The translations under genes were made by a program, and so were the position numbers. A stretch of 64,000 bases of DNA from a virus. Location of the stretch: positions 1-64,000 of the IMG/VR virus record IMGVR_UViG_3300032238_000336. The stretch is one strand, 5' to 3'. Shown here piece after piece: positions 55,201 through 64,000 of this stretch (the stretch's first letter is position 1; every line of letters starts with the position of its first letter). The notes beneath the pieces are model-generated. The model saw only the letters and a list, made by a program, of their open reading frames with translations, searched no databases and was not told where the DNA came from.

Positions 55201-58200
55201 TGGGTATAATGTAAATACACTTCCAATTCCGATTGAAGTTATACCAGTATTTTCTGGATATGTATGATAAGTAGAGTAACCAACAATATCACCAACTAAT
55301 AACCCAGCAGTAGATACTCCTAAGTTATATGGATAGTCCGGATTAAAAGTTACTGGTATATTTGATTGTATAGTTATTTCAGCATTAGTACCAGTAAACT
55401 GACTACTTATATCATCAATTTGAATTACTTTATTTGTATTATTTAAAATATAAGGAAGTAGGTCAATACCTTTAATCGCAGTTAATCCAACTCCAGCAAC
55501 ATTCCAAGGTTCAATCGCACCAAAACTTATTCTTTCCGCATATGACTGATTAACTTGAGATTCATCGTAAACAATTGCAAAATTATCACGAGTGGATAAT
55601 GATACTTGATTATCTATTTTTATAATTAAAGTTACCTCACTTTTAGGAGGATTCATTCTAACAGTATTACCTGCCTGACTAACAACTTCTAAATCTGAAA
55701 ATTCTCTATATCCTGAGGGGTGAATTACTGAATGTACAGGTTCTTTCCAATCACTGTATGGAACTTCACCTCTTATCGCATACGAAAAATTTTGATAATA
55801 ATTATTATCTGATATTTTTTGTAATGAATTATTTAAATCTCCAATATTATTTTGAGTATAATTTATTTTATCTCTAGCTACTCCTAATGTCGATTTTAGA
55901 TTGAAGTTATTTACATTTGTAATTGCTCCATTAAGATTTGATATCGATCCTTTCAATCGATATCCAATATCCAGTTTTCCTTCAGACTTATTAATTCTTA
56001 TTTGTTTTAGTTTATTATCCCACCCATTTTCCATTACATATCCAATAAAAGTTTGATTTCCTTGTAAATCAACTCCAGTTATTTTTTCACCAGAAATATA
56101 ACTAACATCATCAGATATATTCATTTTAAAGGTAGCCATATCTTTACGATTAACTACTGTTCCATATCCATTTGCTAAAGTGTAAGAACCAAATGTCCCA
56201 GGCAATCCAGTTATATCATATATTATAGTTGAAGTATTGACATCTACTGATACTACTTTAAAAAATACATAATTATAATCTTTAGAGTTATAATTATTTT
56301 GAGCATTTGATGTGATATTACAATTTTCTATAAAAATCTCATCCCCCACACTGAATGGAAATATACCAGATAATAAAGGATACGATGTAGTGTCTATTTG
56401 AATGCTATTTTGTGTAGGTGATATATTTGTTATTTGAATAATATCAAATCCATTAGAATTATTTACAGGTACTATTGGTAATGGTGTATCAAGAGTATTA
56501 TCATTTAATATAATACTTACTTTGGATACACTATTTCCATTAAGTTCTGTAGTTAATTGCAATACATTATTTCCAATTACTTTTAAGTTTGGAGCAGTAT
56601 TGTAATTTTTTCCTCCATAAAGCACATCTACGGATTTGACATTAGAAACTTTATTTAATATTGCAATCGTGGGTATAGATAATTTTGGTAATAGTGTGCT
56701 ATCTGTAGGATAGTCAAATCCATCTTTAACCCTTTCTAATGTGTCAATTTTTCCTATTTTACTAGAAACCGTATTTAATAATTCATTACTTCCGGATGTT
56801 GTAAGTATTGAAGTGATTTTAGGTATTTTATTATGAATTTTTCCTTTTTCATTTACTTTAATAGTTTTTATCGGTCCTTTAGCAGTCTTTGATGTTGTAG
56901 AATATGTTGCATTATTAGCAATAATATTTTCAAAATAATTAGGTTTATTTTTTAAGTTCAATCTGAATGAAGTATCCGAAGTTGGAATTGCTGAATATTT
57001 ACCATCATATAAATTTTCAAGTAGTATAATTTTACCTCCTGATATTACATCAGTATCTATAGATACTTGTTTTTGAGATAAGGGTGAATTAATATTAAAA
57101 TCTAAAGTATAATACAACTCATTCGGGTACTTTTGATTAATAGTATCTAAAGTAGATGAGGTATATCTATATGGTTCTAATTCATATAAAAATTTTGAAT
57201 CTTTGTATAATTTAATATATGAACCAATTCCTACAAATTTAAATATATTTCCCTTATTCAAATAAATTAATGGATTTACTTTTGCAATTGAATGTACACC
57301 AGTACCAGTACTAGTTAACTTGACATAGTTATTTTTAGATATGTCATCATAATATTGAGTTAGTTTAATGGCATTTGGATTTTCTCTTAATACAAAATAT
57401 CTTTCATTATTAACTAATCCACCAATAGAAGGGTTGGTTAAATTCGTATATACAACTTTATCCCCGGTTTGAAGTGAATCATCTGAAATATAAATTGTTG
57501 ATGTTGCAACATCAACTGATGTCGATGCGTTGAAAGTAACAGGTGCAGTAGTTATCTTGCGAATGGTTGAATTGTAATCTAGTTCAACTTCAAATGTATT
57601 AGAAGTTATTACTTTAAGATCAATTTCATCATTGGATGATAATAAATGGGGATACTTTGTATTGGCAATTATAGTGTATCTTTCAGTTTTTCCACTTATT
57701 AAATCATATTGAGTAGTAAATTTATGAGAATTGCCTAAAGAGTTGCTATTATCTCTAAAATATAATGAATTATAACTGACACCTATTCCAGTACTGGTAG
57801 TAAATCCCAATGTAGATAATCCTACAAAATTTGCACCATAATTTACTGCATATACGGTTTGTCCATCGACTAACTGAAACTGTGCCGAAGATGGAAAATT
57901 GGATACTTTTAATCCAACACCTGCAACTCCTACATTATATGTTAGGGGTTGACCTGTATAATATTTGTGATTTTCAATATAGATTGATTTAGGTGGAACA
58001 AAATAAGTAGTATTTCCATAATCAATATAAGTAGTTCCTATAGTTCCCAATCCTATACTATTTGAAGGATTAAAATATACAACAGAATTTTCTTGTAAGT
58101 TGGCATTAAATTTAGGTTCATTAAATGTAAATTTAGTAGGAAGTAGTTTAACTAAAGATATACCAGCACTATGAATGCCAATATTACTAATTCTATCTAC

Positions 58201-61200
58201 GAGCAGTTGAGACTGGTTAAATTTAATGTCTCTAATTTTTAATACTTCAGAATCAATTTGAATATAATCATTAATACTGAATCCAGAAACATCATTGACA
58301 GAAATAGTAGTAGATAAACCAGTGATTCCTGATGATGGGATATCTAATGAAAGTCCAGATGTTTTCTGATTTACTGAAATAATTTTACTTCCTTCTAAAG
58401 ATGAATATTGATTAGAAGAAATCGAAGATATCACAACAATGTCATTTGATACTAAACTATGAGGCATTGTCGTAATGCCTGTAATTATATTATTTTTATT
58501 TTTAAATATTACATCTTTTAAAGTAGAAATTCCTACTGTTATATCAGTTAAGGGAACTCCATTAATACTCGATACAGAACAACTTGGACTAATGGTATTT
58601 GGAGTATTTTCAAATTGAAGTCTATCTCCAACCATAAAATTATCACCTGGAGATACTATATTAACAGAATCTATTCCAGACTTAATAATATTATTTACTA
58701 TAAATTCTTGCTTATATTTTGGGTCAATTTTATTGATTGGTAAATACCCAGAATTTTCAGAATTTAAATAATATGGACCAGTATTTCTAATAAAATTAAT
58801 AGAATCTAAATTTAAATCTTGATTAATATATCCGTTGAAATTTTTAACTATTGGAGTATTTTTAAATTCCGCAGCTATTGTATATGGATATACTGGAATA
58901 TTTAAGTTATTTAATGTTGTAAAATAAGCATAGGTCCCTTCAGGAAACTCATTAGTTTGAATAAACATTCCGTTATGCTCATCCAAATCTCCAAAATTTG
59001 GAATATACCTATAATCTTCTATGAAATCACCATTATTCCATTGAGCAGGCCTTATACCACTTATACTATTGACATCTACATTAGGTAATTGATAACTACT
59101 TTTAACTTTTGATGGAGAAGTTGATGAAGATAAATTTGCATAGGGTCCATAAATTGGATTTCCATCATAAGCCCACCCTAGAATAGGAGAAGCATTTCCC
59201 GAGTTATCTCCAACTTCATCTCTTAATTTTTTTGGTGGATAAAAATTAATATACTGCAAAGTTTTTTTAACATTATTACTTGGTATAAGAATTCCTTCTC
59301 CTGAAAAATTCTTTATTTTATTTGAGTATTTTTTATATTGGTTTAACGTCCATTTTGTTAAATTTGCTATAAATTTAGCAGAGCTTCCTCTCTTTACAAT
59401 TTGAAGACTGGTTTGTTTATTTACATATCCAAGTCCAGGATTTACTATAGACACATCTGTAATTCTACCATTTTCAACTTTAGGAACTAACAACGCATAT
59501 TTTCCAGAACCAGTAATTATAATATCAATATCTTCACCATATCCAGAACCACCAGATAAAATTTGAACTCCGACAATTTTTCCTTCAAATATAACTGGAT
59601 TAAGTAATGCTTCAGTAGATGGAGTTTGAATTTTTACATCTGGTCTTCTATGGAAGTTTATAATATCCGAAGACCCATAGTTAGTGCCATAATTTTCTAT
59701 AAATAGACTTTCAAATTCTCCCAATACAATAGGTACAAACACTGGAGAAATTGCAGTTGAAGATATTCCAGAAGTAGTTTCTACAACTACTTGAATAGGT
59801 GGATATTTAAAAGTATGTGTTCCTGAACCAATAGAATTTAGATTTACAAATTTATTATGTGAGTAATTGTAATAAAAATCTGTAGAAATAGTTTGTGCTA
59901 ATCTGAACTTATTGTTATCAATTACATTTACAATATATTGACTAGTTGTAGATAGTCCTGAAACTCGTGTACCTGTAGTTGAGTATACAACGATATCTTT
60001 TTCTTTTAAATTATGGTTTTTAACAAGTATGTAATTATCAAAAGTATTAATTGAATCTGTAGTATCATCAATATAGTTTAAAGATGAAAGTTTAACAGTT
60101 TTATTTGAATAATTTTCTCCACTCTTTTTCACATATACTTCAGTTATAGTATTTTTAATATCGACTGTCTTTAAATAATAAATTCCAGTATTATTATTTC
60201 CAATAACAATTGCATTATTTTTATTGATAGAATCAGATTTATTTCGGTATAGTTTAATTTGAGTTGAATTTATAACACCAACATAATAAACTGAGTTGTT
60301 AACCAATCCCACTAATTCTGGATTTGAATTATTTTGATAAATTACTTGCTCAGTATTTTGAAAATTATGATTACTTGTAAAAGTAATCACATTTGATGAT
60401 ATTGCAGAACCTAAAAAGTAAGATATGATAGGTGATTGTATTAAATTGCTTTCAAGCACTGCACCATATCCATTTCCACCAGTTATAGAAATCTTGGGTT
60501 TGACTTGATATCCAATACCTGGAGAAATTACCTGAATTGCTCTTACCGTGCCTCTCATATTGGCGTGAACTTGTGCTCCAATTCCTTGCCCCCCCTCATC
60601 ACTAATTTCAATCGTAGGGGCATTTATAACATCATAATCCTTTCCTGAATTTGAAATTGTAATGTCATTAATTTTACCATAATAATAACCTTCATTAAAT
60701 ATAGCAGGTGAATATAACTCAACTCCATTAATAAGTAATCCTAAAGACTTACCAATTGTATTTTTACTTGTGGCAGTATTTTCATTATTTTTATTATTAA
60801 TATTAAATATTTTTAATAATTTTTGATGTTCTAAAACTGAATCATTTTTTCCTTCATATCCTAATTTTACAATAGTTCCAATATTTGATACACTAGTTTG
60901 AATCCCTATGTAATTATTAGCATAAAGATTACTATAACTGTATGATAATGATATTGAAGTTTCGGTGTATCTATTTACAAAATAAGTTCCAGTAGAAAGT
61001 CCAGTAAACTCTAAACTTGGAGTAAAATAAACCTTCTCTCCGGTATAAAAATAGTGTAGATCAGTAGTGGAAAATATAGATGTTTCAACTCCTGCAGATA
61101 TTAAACCTACTTCTCTATTATCTAATATAATATTTTTATAATCAGGAAGTCCTGAAGATAATACAACTACATTATTGGTTGAGGTATCAATATAAGTATT

Positions 61201-62757
61201 TTGAATTCGGGAAGTAATATTAGGGTTTAACTGACTTTTATTGATAACTTTTTGAAATCGATTGTAATTATTAGATAATACTCCTAAAACAGTAAACTTA
61301 TTTTTAGAAATAATAGTATTTACGGAAACTGTTATTGTAGGATTATTTGGAATTGTAGTGTCTGATAGTACTATACTATCTCCCTTATAAAGTAAAACAT
61401 CATCTACCGTGGTAATTATATTACCAGTGATATTTGATATATTATGGTAAGTTGGAAGATTGTACATCCAACTATTATATTCAGGAAAATTTTGATAGTT
61501 TTCACCAAAAGAAGAAAGATTTATTTTATCTCCAACTCTCAAATTAGAAGTTTTTGAATAATCAATAGATTCTATAATATTAAATATTCTAAACTCAAGA
61601 ATATTGCCATTATCTAATGTAGAGTATGCAAAATTATTTTCAATAATATCAGTATTGAAAGGAACTTTAGTATTAACTCCACTTACATTTAGGAACTGGT
61701 TCGCACTTTTATTTTGGTAAGTAACTGGAATAAAGGTGGAACTATTAGATGAATGTATATAAACAGTACCTGAGATTGGGAAATCAACAGTTGAATCGAC
61801 AGAGATAGTATTAGAACCAATACTGATATCTTCTATTGTATTAGTTTTCTTTGTAGGAATGAAGTTATAGATAAAACTTTCTGAATCTAATGAGATTTCA
61901 TATAAGTCTCTGTTATCAGTCCTCCTATATTCTACATTATAAATTGCAGCACTAGCAGTCCTTCCTCCGGGAATAGTTTGAAATATAGTATTTCCAATTA
62001 AATCTATAGGATTTCCAACTCCACTAATCTTTTCAACAACAATATTTTTAGTGACTAGAGATGGATTGTTAGATGGTTTTATTGTAAAGTTTTTAGGATC
62101 AATGATACTTATGTCCTTACCATATAAAACTTTAAATAGCAACTTATATGAAGTATCAGTTCCCTTTGAAGCATAGAAGTCTTTTGCTCGGGTTAGTATA
62201 TTTTGTAAACTTATCTGTGGATAAAAGTTACGTTCTTCAAAACCTAAAAGATATTGGGACTTGAACTTTTTAAATATTTCATTAAAAAATAGTAAATTTA
62301 AATTAAATACCTTACTTCCAGAAGAATGTTCTTCAACTGAAGTTGATTTAAATATTAACTCAGAATGGTCTGAATTGATATCAATACCACTGAATCCACG
62401 AACGCATCCGGTGAAAGATGTTGTAGTAATTCCAGTATAGGTAATAATCTCATTATCTATTTTCAAAAGTCCGTATGAACTAGGAAATCCAAAAGTATTA
62501 TTAACAAAAATTTCATCAGCAAAAGATAATACATTCGAACTTAACTCACAGGAGTTGTAGAACGTCTCTGCATTGAAGTTTTCAATTCCTTTATATTGAT
62601 TTAAATTGATTGCAAGGTCATTTAATCCCGTAGTATATTCCTGAGAAGTATAATATTGTTTTAAAAACTCTTGAAAAAGTGGAGACTCCTCATTTAAAAA
62701 TTCTGGAATTTGGGATTCTATAAAATTTTGAATTTTTACTCTTTTTATTTCTGACAT
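52264..62757 (-). CDS. gp7: Baseplate wedge initiator (T4 gp7-like), 3497 aa
   Basis: IESQIPEF...FLKQYY...AKDFYASKGT..S.K.LFK.LYG; DNNYYQNFSYAI...HPSG; YHYH-like segment; lies between gp6 and gp8. Confidence 0.88.
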   Translation of the reverse strand: MSEIKRVKIQNFIESQIPEFLNEESPLFQEFLKQYYTSQEYTTGLNDLAINLNQYKGIENFNAETFYNSCELSSNVLSFADEIFVNNTFGFPSSYGLLKIDNEIITYTGITTTSFTGCVRGFSGIDINSDHSELIFKSTSVEEHSSGSKVFNLNLLFFNEIFKKFKSQYLLGFEERNFYPQISLQNILTRAKDFYASKGTDTSYKLLFKVLYGKDISIIDPKNFTIKPSNNPSLVTKNIVVEKISGVGNPIDLIGNTIFQTIPGGRTASAAIYNVEYRRTDNRDLYEISLDSESFIYNFIPTKKTNTIEDISIGSNTISVDSTVDFPISGTVYIHSSNSSTFIPVTYQNKSANQFLNVSGVNTKVPFNTDIIENNFAYSTLDNGNILEFRIFNIIESIDYSKTSNLRVGDKINLSSFGENYQNFPEYNSWMYNLPTYHNISNITGNIITTVDDVLLYKGDSIVLSDTTIPNNPTITVSVNTIISKNKFTVLGVLSNNYNRFQKVINKSQLNPNITSRIQNTYIDTSTNNVVVLSSGLPDYKNIILDNREVGLISAGVETSIFSTTDLHYFYTGEKVYFTPSLEFTGLSTGTYFVNRYTETSISLSYSYSNLYANNYIGIQTSVSNIGTIVKLGYEGKNDSVLEHQKLLKIFNINNKNNENTATSKNTIGKSLGLLINGVELYSPAIFNEGYYYGKINDITISNSGKDYDVINAPTIEISDEGGQGIGAQVHANMRGTVRAIQVISPGIGYQVKPKISITGGNGYGAVLESNLIQSPIISYFLGSAISSNVITFTSNHNFQNTEQVIYQNNSNPELVGLVNNSVYYVGVINSTQIKLYRNKSDSINKNNAIVIGNNNTGIYYLKTVDIKNTITEVYVKKSGENYSNKTVKLSSLNYIDDTTDSINTFDNYILVKNHNLKEKDIVVYSTTGTRVSGLSTTSQYIVNVIDNNKFRLAQTISTDFYYNYSHNKFVNLNSIGSGTHTFKYPPIQVVVETTSGISSTAISPVFVPIVLGEFESLFIENYGTNYGSSDIINFHRRPDVKIQTPSTEALLNPVIFEGKIVGVQILSGGSGYGEDIDIIITGSGKYALLVPKVENGRITDVSIVNPGLGYVNKQTSLQIVKRGSSAKFIANLTKWTLNQYKKYSNKIKNFSGEGILIPSNNVKKTLQYINFYPPKKLRDEVGDNSGNASPILGWAYDGNPIYGPYANLSSSTSPSKVKSSYQLPNVDVNSISGIRPAQWNNGDFIEDYRYIPNFGDLDEHNGMFIQTNEFPEGTYAYFTTLNNLNIPVYPYTIAAEFKNTPIVKNFNGYINQDLNLDSINFIRNTGPYYLNSENSGYLPINKIDPKYKQEFIVNNIIKSGIDSVNIVSPGDNFMVGDRLQFENTPNTISPSCSVSSINGVPLTDITVGISTLKDVIFKNKNNIITGITTMPHSLVSNDIVVISSISSNQYSSLEGSKIISVNQKTSGLSLDIPSSGITGLSTTISVNDVSGFSINDYIQIDSEVLKIRDIKFNQSQLLVDRISNIGIHSAGISLVKLLPTKFTFNEPKFNANLQENSVVYFNPSNSIGLGTIGTTYIDYGNTTYFVPPKSIYIENHKYYTGQPLTYNVGVAGVGLKVSNFPSSAQFQLVDGQTVYAVNYGANFVGLSTLGFTTSTGIGVSYNSLYFRDNSNSLGNSHKFTTQYDLISGKTERYTIIANTKYPHLLSSNDEIDLKVITSNTFEVELDYNSTIRKITTAPVTFNASTSVDVATSTIYISDDSLQTGDKVVYTNLTNPSIGGLVNNERYFVLRENPNAIKLTQYYDDISKNNYVKLTSTGTGVHSIAKVNPLIYLNKGNIFKFVGIGSYIKLYKDSKFLYELEPYRYTSSTLDTINQKYPNELYYTLDFNINSPLSQKQVSIDTDVISGGKIILLENLYDGKYSAIPTSDTSFRLNLKNKPNYFENIIANNATYSTTSKTAKGPIKTIKVNEKGKIHNKIPKITSILTTSGSNELLNTVSSKIGKIDTLERVKDGFDYPTDSTLLPKLSIPTIAILNKVSNVKSVDVLYGGKNYNTAPNLKVIGNNVLQLTTELNGNSVSKVSIILNDNTLDTPLPIVPVNNSNGFDIIQITNISPTQNSIQIDTTSYPLLSGIFPFSVGDEIFIENCNITSNAQNNYNSKDYNYVFFKVVSVDVNTSTIIYDITGLPGTFGSYTLANGYGTVVNRKDMATFKMNISDDVSYISGEKITGVDLQGNQTFIGYVMENGWDNKLKQIRINKSEGKLDIGYRLKGSISNLNGAITNVNNFNLKSTLGVARDKINYTQNNIGDLNNSLQKISDNNYYQNFSYAIRGEVPYSDWKEPVHSVIHPSGYREFSDLEVVSQAGNTVRMNPPKSEVTLIIKIDNQVSLSTRDNFAIVYDESQVNQSYAERISFGAIEPWNVAGVGLTAIKGIDLLPYILNNTNKVIQIDDISSQFTGTNAEITIQSNIPVTFNPDYPYNLGVSTAGLLVGDIVGYSTYHTYPENTGITSIGIGSVFTLYPHKSYSGIVTERLSFSRRLNGNIVSGISSFKLTNKNIPLFSRTFNSNDSSIVNLTTYSFNITNHNLQTGQKIFYSYQGGTPIRITTTNLVSGGISTDILPSTLYVNKINDNSFQVSGLSTSTRLELTSLGIGTHKFTVDNPNANALISIDNIIQKPLYNRPITLGLVNDANVGINSIYVNSGISSISTIDILKINDELLKIINVGIGSTNVINVERGFLGTQENNHTSGSDINIIRGDYNIIEDTIFFTSPPQGPTGLEGLKVSSSFSGRVFSRKFDPAYPDDKNLIFDDISDQFTGLSTFILKENQNNITQIYNNRNYGTNASNNPLVFINNVLQVPETDFTIQNSNANEISYLTGIPNSGKILNVGINTAFGYVPLVGAAATVSVSGLGTISNVYLTGAGSGYRTSPYINLGSIVGTGASIVANVGASGTITGFTIVNPGSGYTSTSVPIVNIDTPLPYYNLDVEYAPENSGLGTGAKVSILVASDTSIGNFLLNDPGSLYKVGDVLRVVGLTTDPTAGNLFDEFKLTVTETVSDIFSGYYPGQFIQFNDISNKFNGFERLFDITTPVNGIDTRITFKVPSGSDLTIENNFFILINGILQVPTVAYRYFAGRILFTEPPSSGSTCTILFYRGSSSDVEEVTPVQTIKDGDILQSRQNITSAITTEQLERVVKRIVQSNTLDTFVYTGYGITNTARPLSWTKQTADRIINGSLISKSRTTLKSNIIPNTFLINSVGINDTAVYVNDAFPYFSELDSGPNRLPEFKRNINILDYTSLDIIKYEKLTSVKVKGDYGSIVGINTFASSPGIQTGRIDFELKSNTYDNDNLGIGYSSLNTFGINSSQLEIGDYFVISNSNVICGHALTGITDSLGGMSNYPNSKVGTARSFIDGVYRVEDVTLPNAGIVTVKCNFVAVDGGLSVNIAGLSQTSFYGNYSWGKFYDYDNRQLGTPKQFDVNTDNGLIGLSTSSQVSRTVPLLL

Positions 62758-62759
62758 TT

Positions 62760-64000
62760 TTAACGAATATAATTACCGTTGGAATAGCTTGAAGTTACTG
62801 CATAAGAACTAGCAGAAAGATTTTCACCAGAAGATATAGTATCTTCTATCATATTTACGACTGTATTTTGAATATTAAGGTCTAAATATATATCCCTCAA
62901 AGCAATGACATCATTTGATTCAGGTACTGCCTCAACTTGTATTTCAGAACCAATTATTGTGCTAGTAATATTTACTGGATTTAACTTTATCTCTCCTGTT
63001 TTATAATTAACAATTCCTGCATTATTACTCACAATAAATGGAACTCCAGTATCTAATGTAAAGAAGAATATATTTCCAGTAGTGTCATTTATTGGTGAAT
63101 CACTTAGATATACTGTTGAAGATACATTTTTAATATTAAATCCAGTTGATTTAATATTATATCCTCGGTTATCAGTTAGATTATTTTTTTGAAGATGAAA
63201 TCGATTTCCAAAGCATAACTCATAAGTAGCGAGTGTATTATAAGCTGGAGTTATATTTCTTCTTATTTTTACTTTAGTAATGTTTGAAGTAATTGCATCA
63301 CTTACACTATCAACTAAAGATACAAACTTACTATATTTAAATCTTCCACCAAAACTATTTAAATCAGAAGATTTAGAATAGCTTGTAATTGCATTTTGGA
63401 CATTAGTTTTTAATGTGTTGACATCTGAAGACTTTGATTTGTTATAATAAACATTTGTATTTAACTCTACATAAAGATATTTCAAATCTATCAGTTCTTG
63501 TTTAATTCCGGCTACACTATACAGTTTAAGTTGTTTTAAAATTCTTTCTTTAGTTGCTTGAGATAAAAAAGAACCATTCTTTGGTTTTACTGATAATAAT
63601 ACTTTTCCATATTGAGGTGGGTCTAACTCTTCTCCTCCATATGCAGTTACAGACTCTACATTTGAAAACAGATATGGTATTAACCCAGCATAATCACTTG
63701 CAGTAACTGCACGATACTGTGATGAATAAACTCTAGGTGCAAGATATTTGATTGCATCGACTGGTTCAATCGAATCACCATTTTCTGATGATTGAATTGT
63801 AGTTAACAATGAAATACCCTGAGTAATAGTATTATCTTCGTTATCTTTTAAAATTCCCGAGAATGTAAAGTTAGCCGCACCATTACCAGAAATTCCATTA
63901 GTGATAATATAACTGATTGTAACTGTGCTATTATTTTCCGGTGTCTTTCCTAAAATGCCATCTCCAAATAAAATTTGATATTTTTCATCCAATACTTCTT
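62760..64000 (-). CDS. gp6: Baseplate wedge subunit (T4 gp6), C-terminal part (5' end off the window)
   Basis: YQILFGDGILG...APRVYSSQYRAVTASDY...GGEELDPPQYGKV. Confidence 0.92.
   Translation of the reverse strand, partial: EVLDEKYQILFGDGILGKTPENNSTVTISYIITNGISGNGAANFTFSGILKDNEDNTITQGISLLTTIQSSENGDSIEPVDAIKYLAPRVYSSQYRAVTASDYAGLIPYLFSNVESVTAYGGEELDPPQYGKVLLSVKPKNGSFLSQATKERILKQLKLYSVAGIKQELIDLKYLYVELNTNVYYNKSKSSDVNTLKTNVQNAITSYSKSSDLNSFGGRFKYSKFVSLVDSVSDAITSNITKVKIRRNITPAYNTLATYELCFGNRFHLQKNNLTDNRGYNIKSTGFNIKNVSSTVYLSDSPINDTTGNIFFFTLDTGVPFIVSNNAGIVNYKTGEIKLNPVNITSTIIGSEIQVEAVPESNDVIALRDIYLDLNIQNTVVNMIEDTISSGENLSASSYAVTSSYSNGNYIR

Noticed and set aside
1778-55267. Numerous plus-strand ORFs in the track (e.g. 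7044-7454, 10025-10561, 29931-30242, 48008-48469)
   Set aside because: Each lies antisense to, or largely overlaps, recognisable minus-strand genes, lacks motifs, and has the composition of a shadow ORF.
1-64000. Stop-codon reassignment, tRNA genes, CRISPR arrays, diversity-generating retroelement
   Set aside because: Core genes are full length under the standard code. Intergenic gaps are short, with no cloverleaf, repeat-spacer pattern or reverse transcriptase seen.

Overview
A 64 kb, AT-rich segment of a T4-like myovirus of the cyanophage type (Kyanoviridae-like; a freshwater origin is plausible but is inference). Every credible gene is on the minus strand. Read in transcription order (right to left), it holds baseplate gp6 (partial), gp7, gp8 and a VrlC-like giant, then neck gp13-gp15, terminase gp16/gp17, tail gp18/gp19, head gp20-gp23 and gp3. 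The replication block follows: uvsY, uvsW, gp55, gp47/46, gp45/44/62, regA, hsp20, gp43, uvsX, two Fe/2OG dioxygenases, gp41 and mazG. It ends with a late cluster (cytidylyltransferase and virion-associated proteins), primase gp61 and the 5' end of nrdA. The most striking locus is the large terminase gp17, which is invaded twice. A 329-aa Ala-initiated (class 3, WCT-type) LAGLIDADG intein sits in the Walker A motif. An atypically split intein (28-aa IntN, 103-aa IntC) breaks the gene into two ORFs, with a free-standing GIY-YIG endonuclease between them, so the mature ~553-aa terminase would need both cis- and trans-splicing. A manual scan found only five CATG sites in the window, three in that endonuclease gene and two in nrdA, which points to strong restriction-site avoidance and recent arrival of the endonuclease. 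Other notable signals are an antisense sigma70 promoter beside gp55, a structured hsp20 leader, and T4-type capsid-targeting N-termini on non-structural-looking proteins. No tRNA, rRNA or CRISPR array was seen. All product calls come from motif recognition and T4-like synteny, not database searches.
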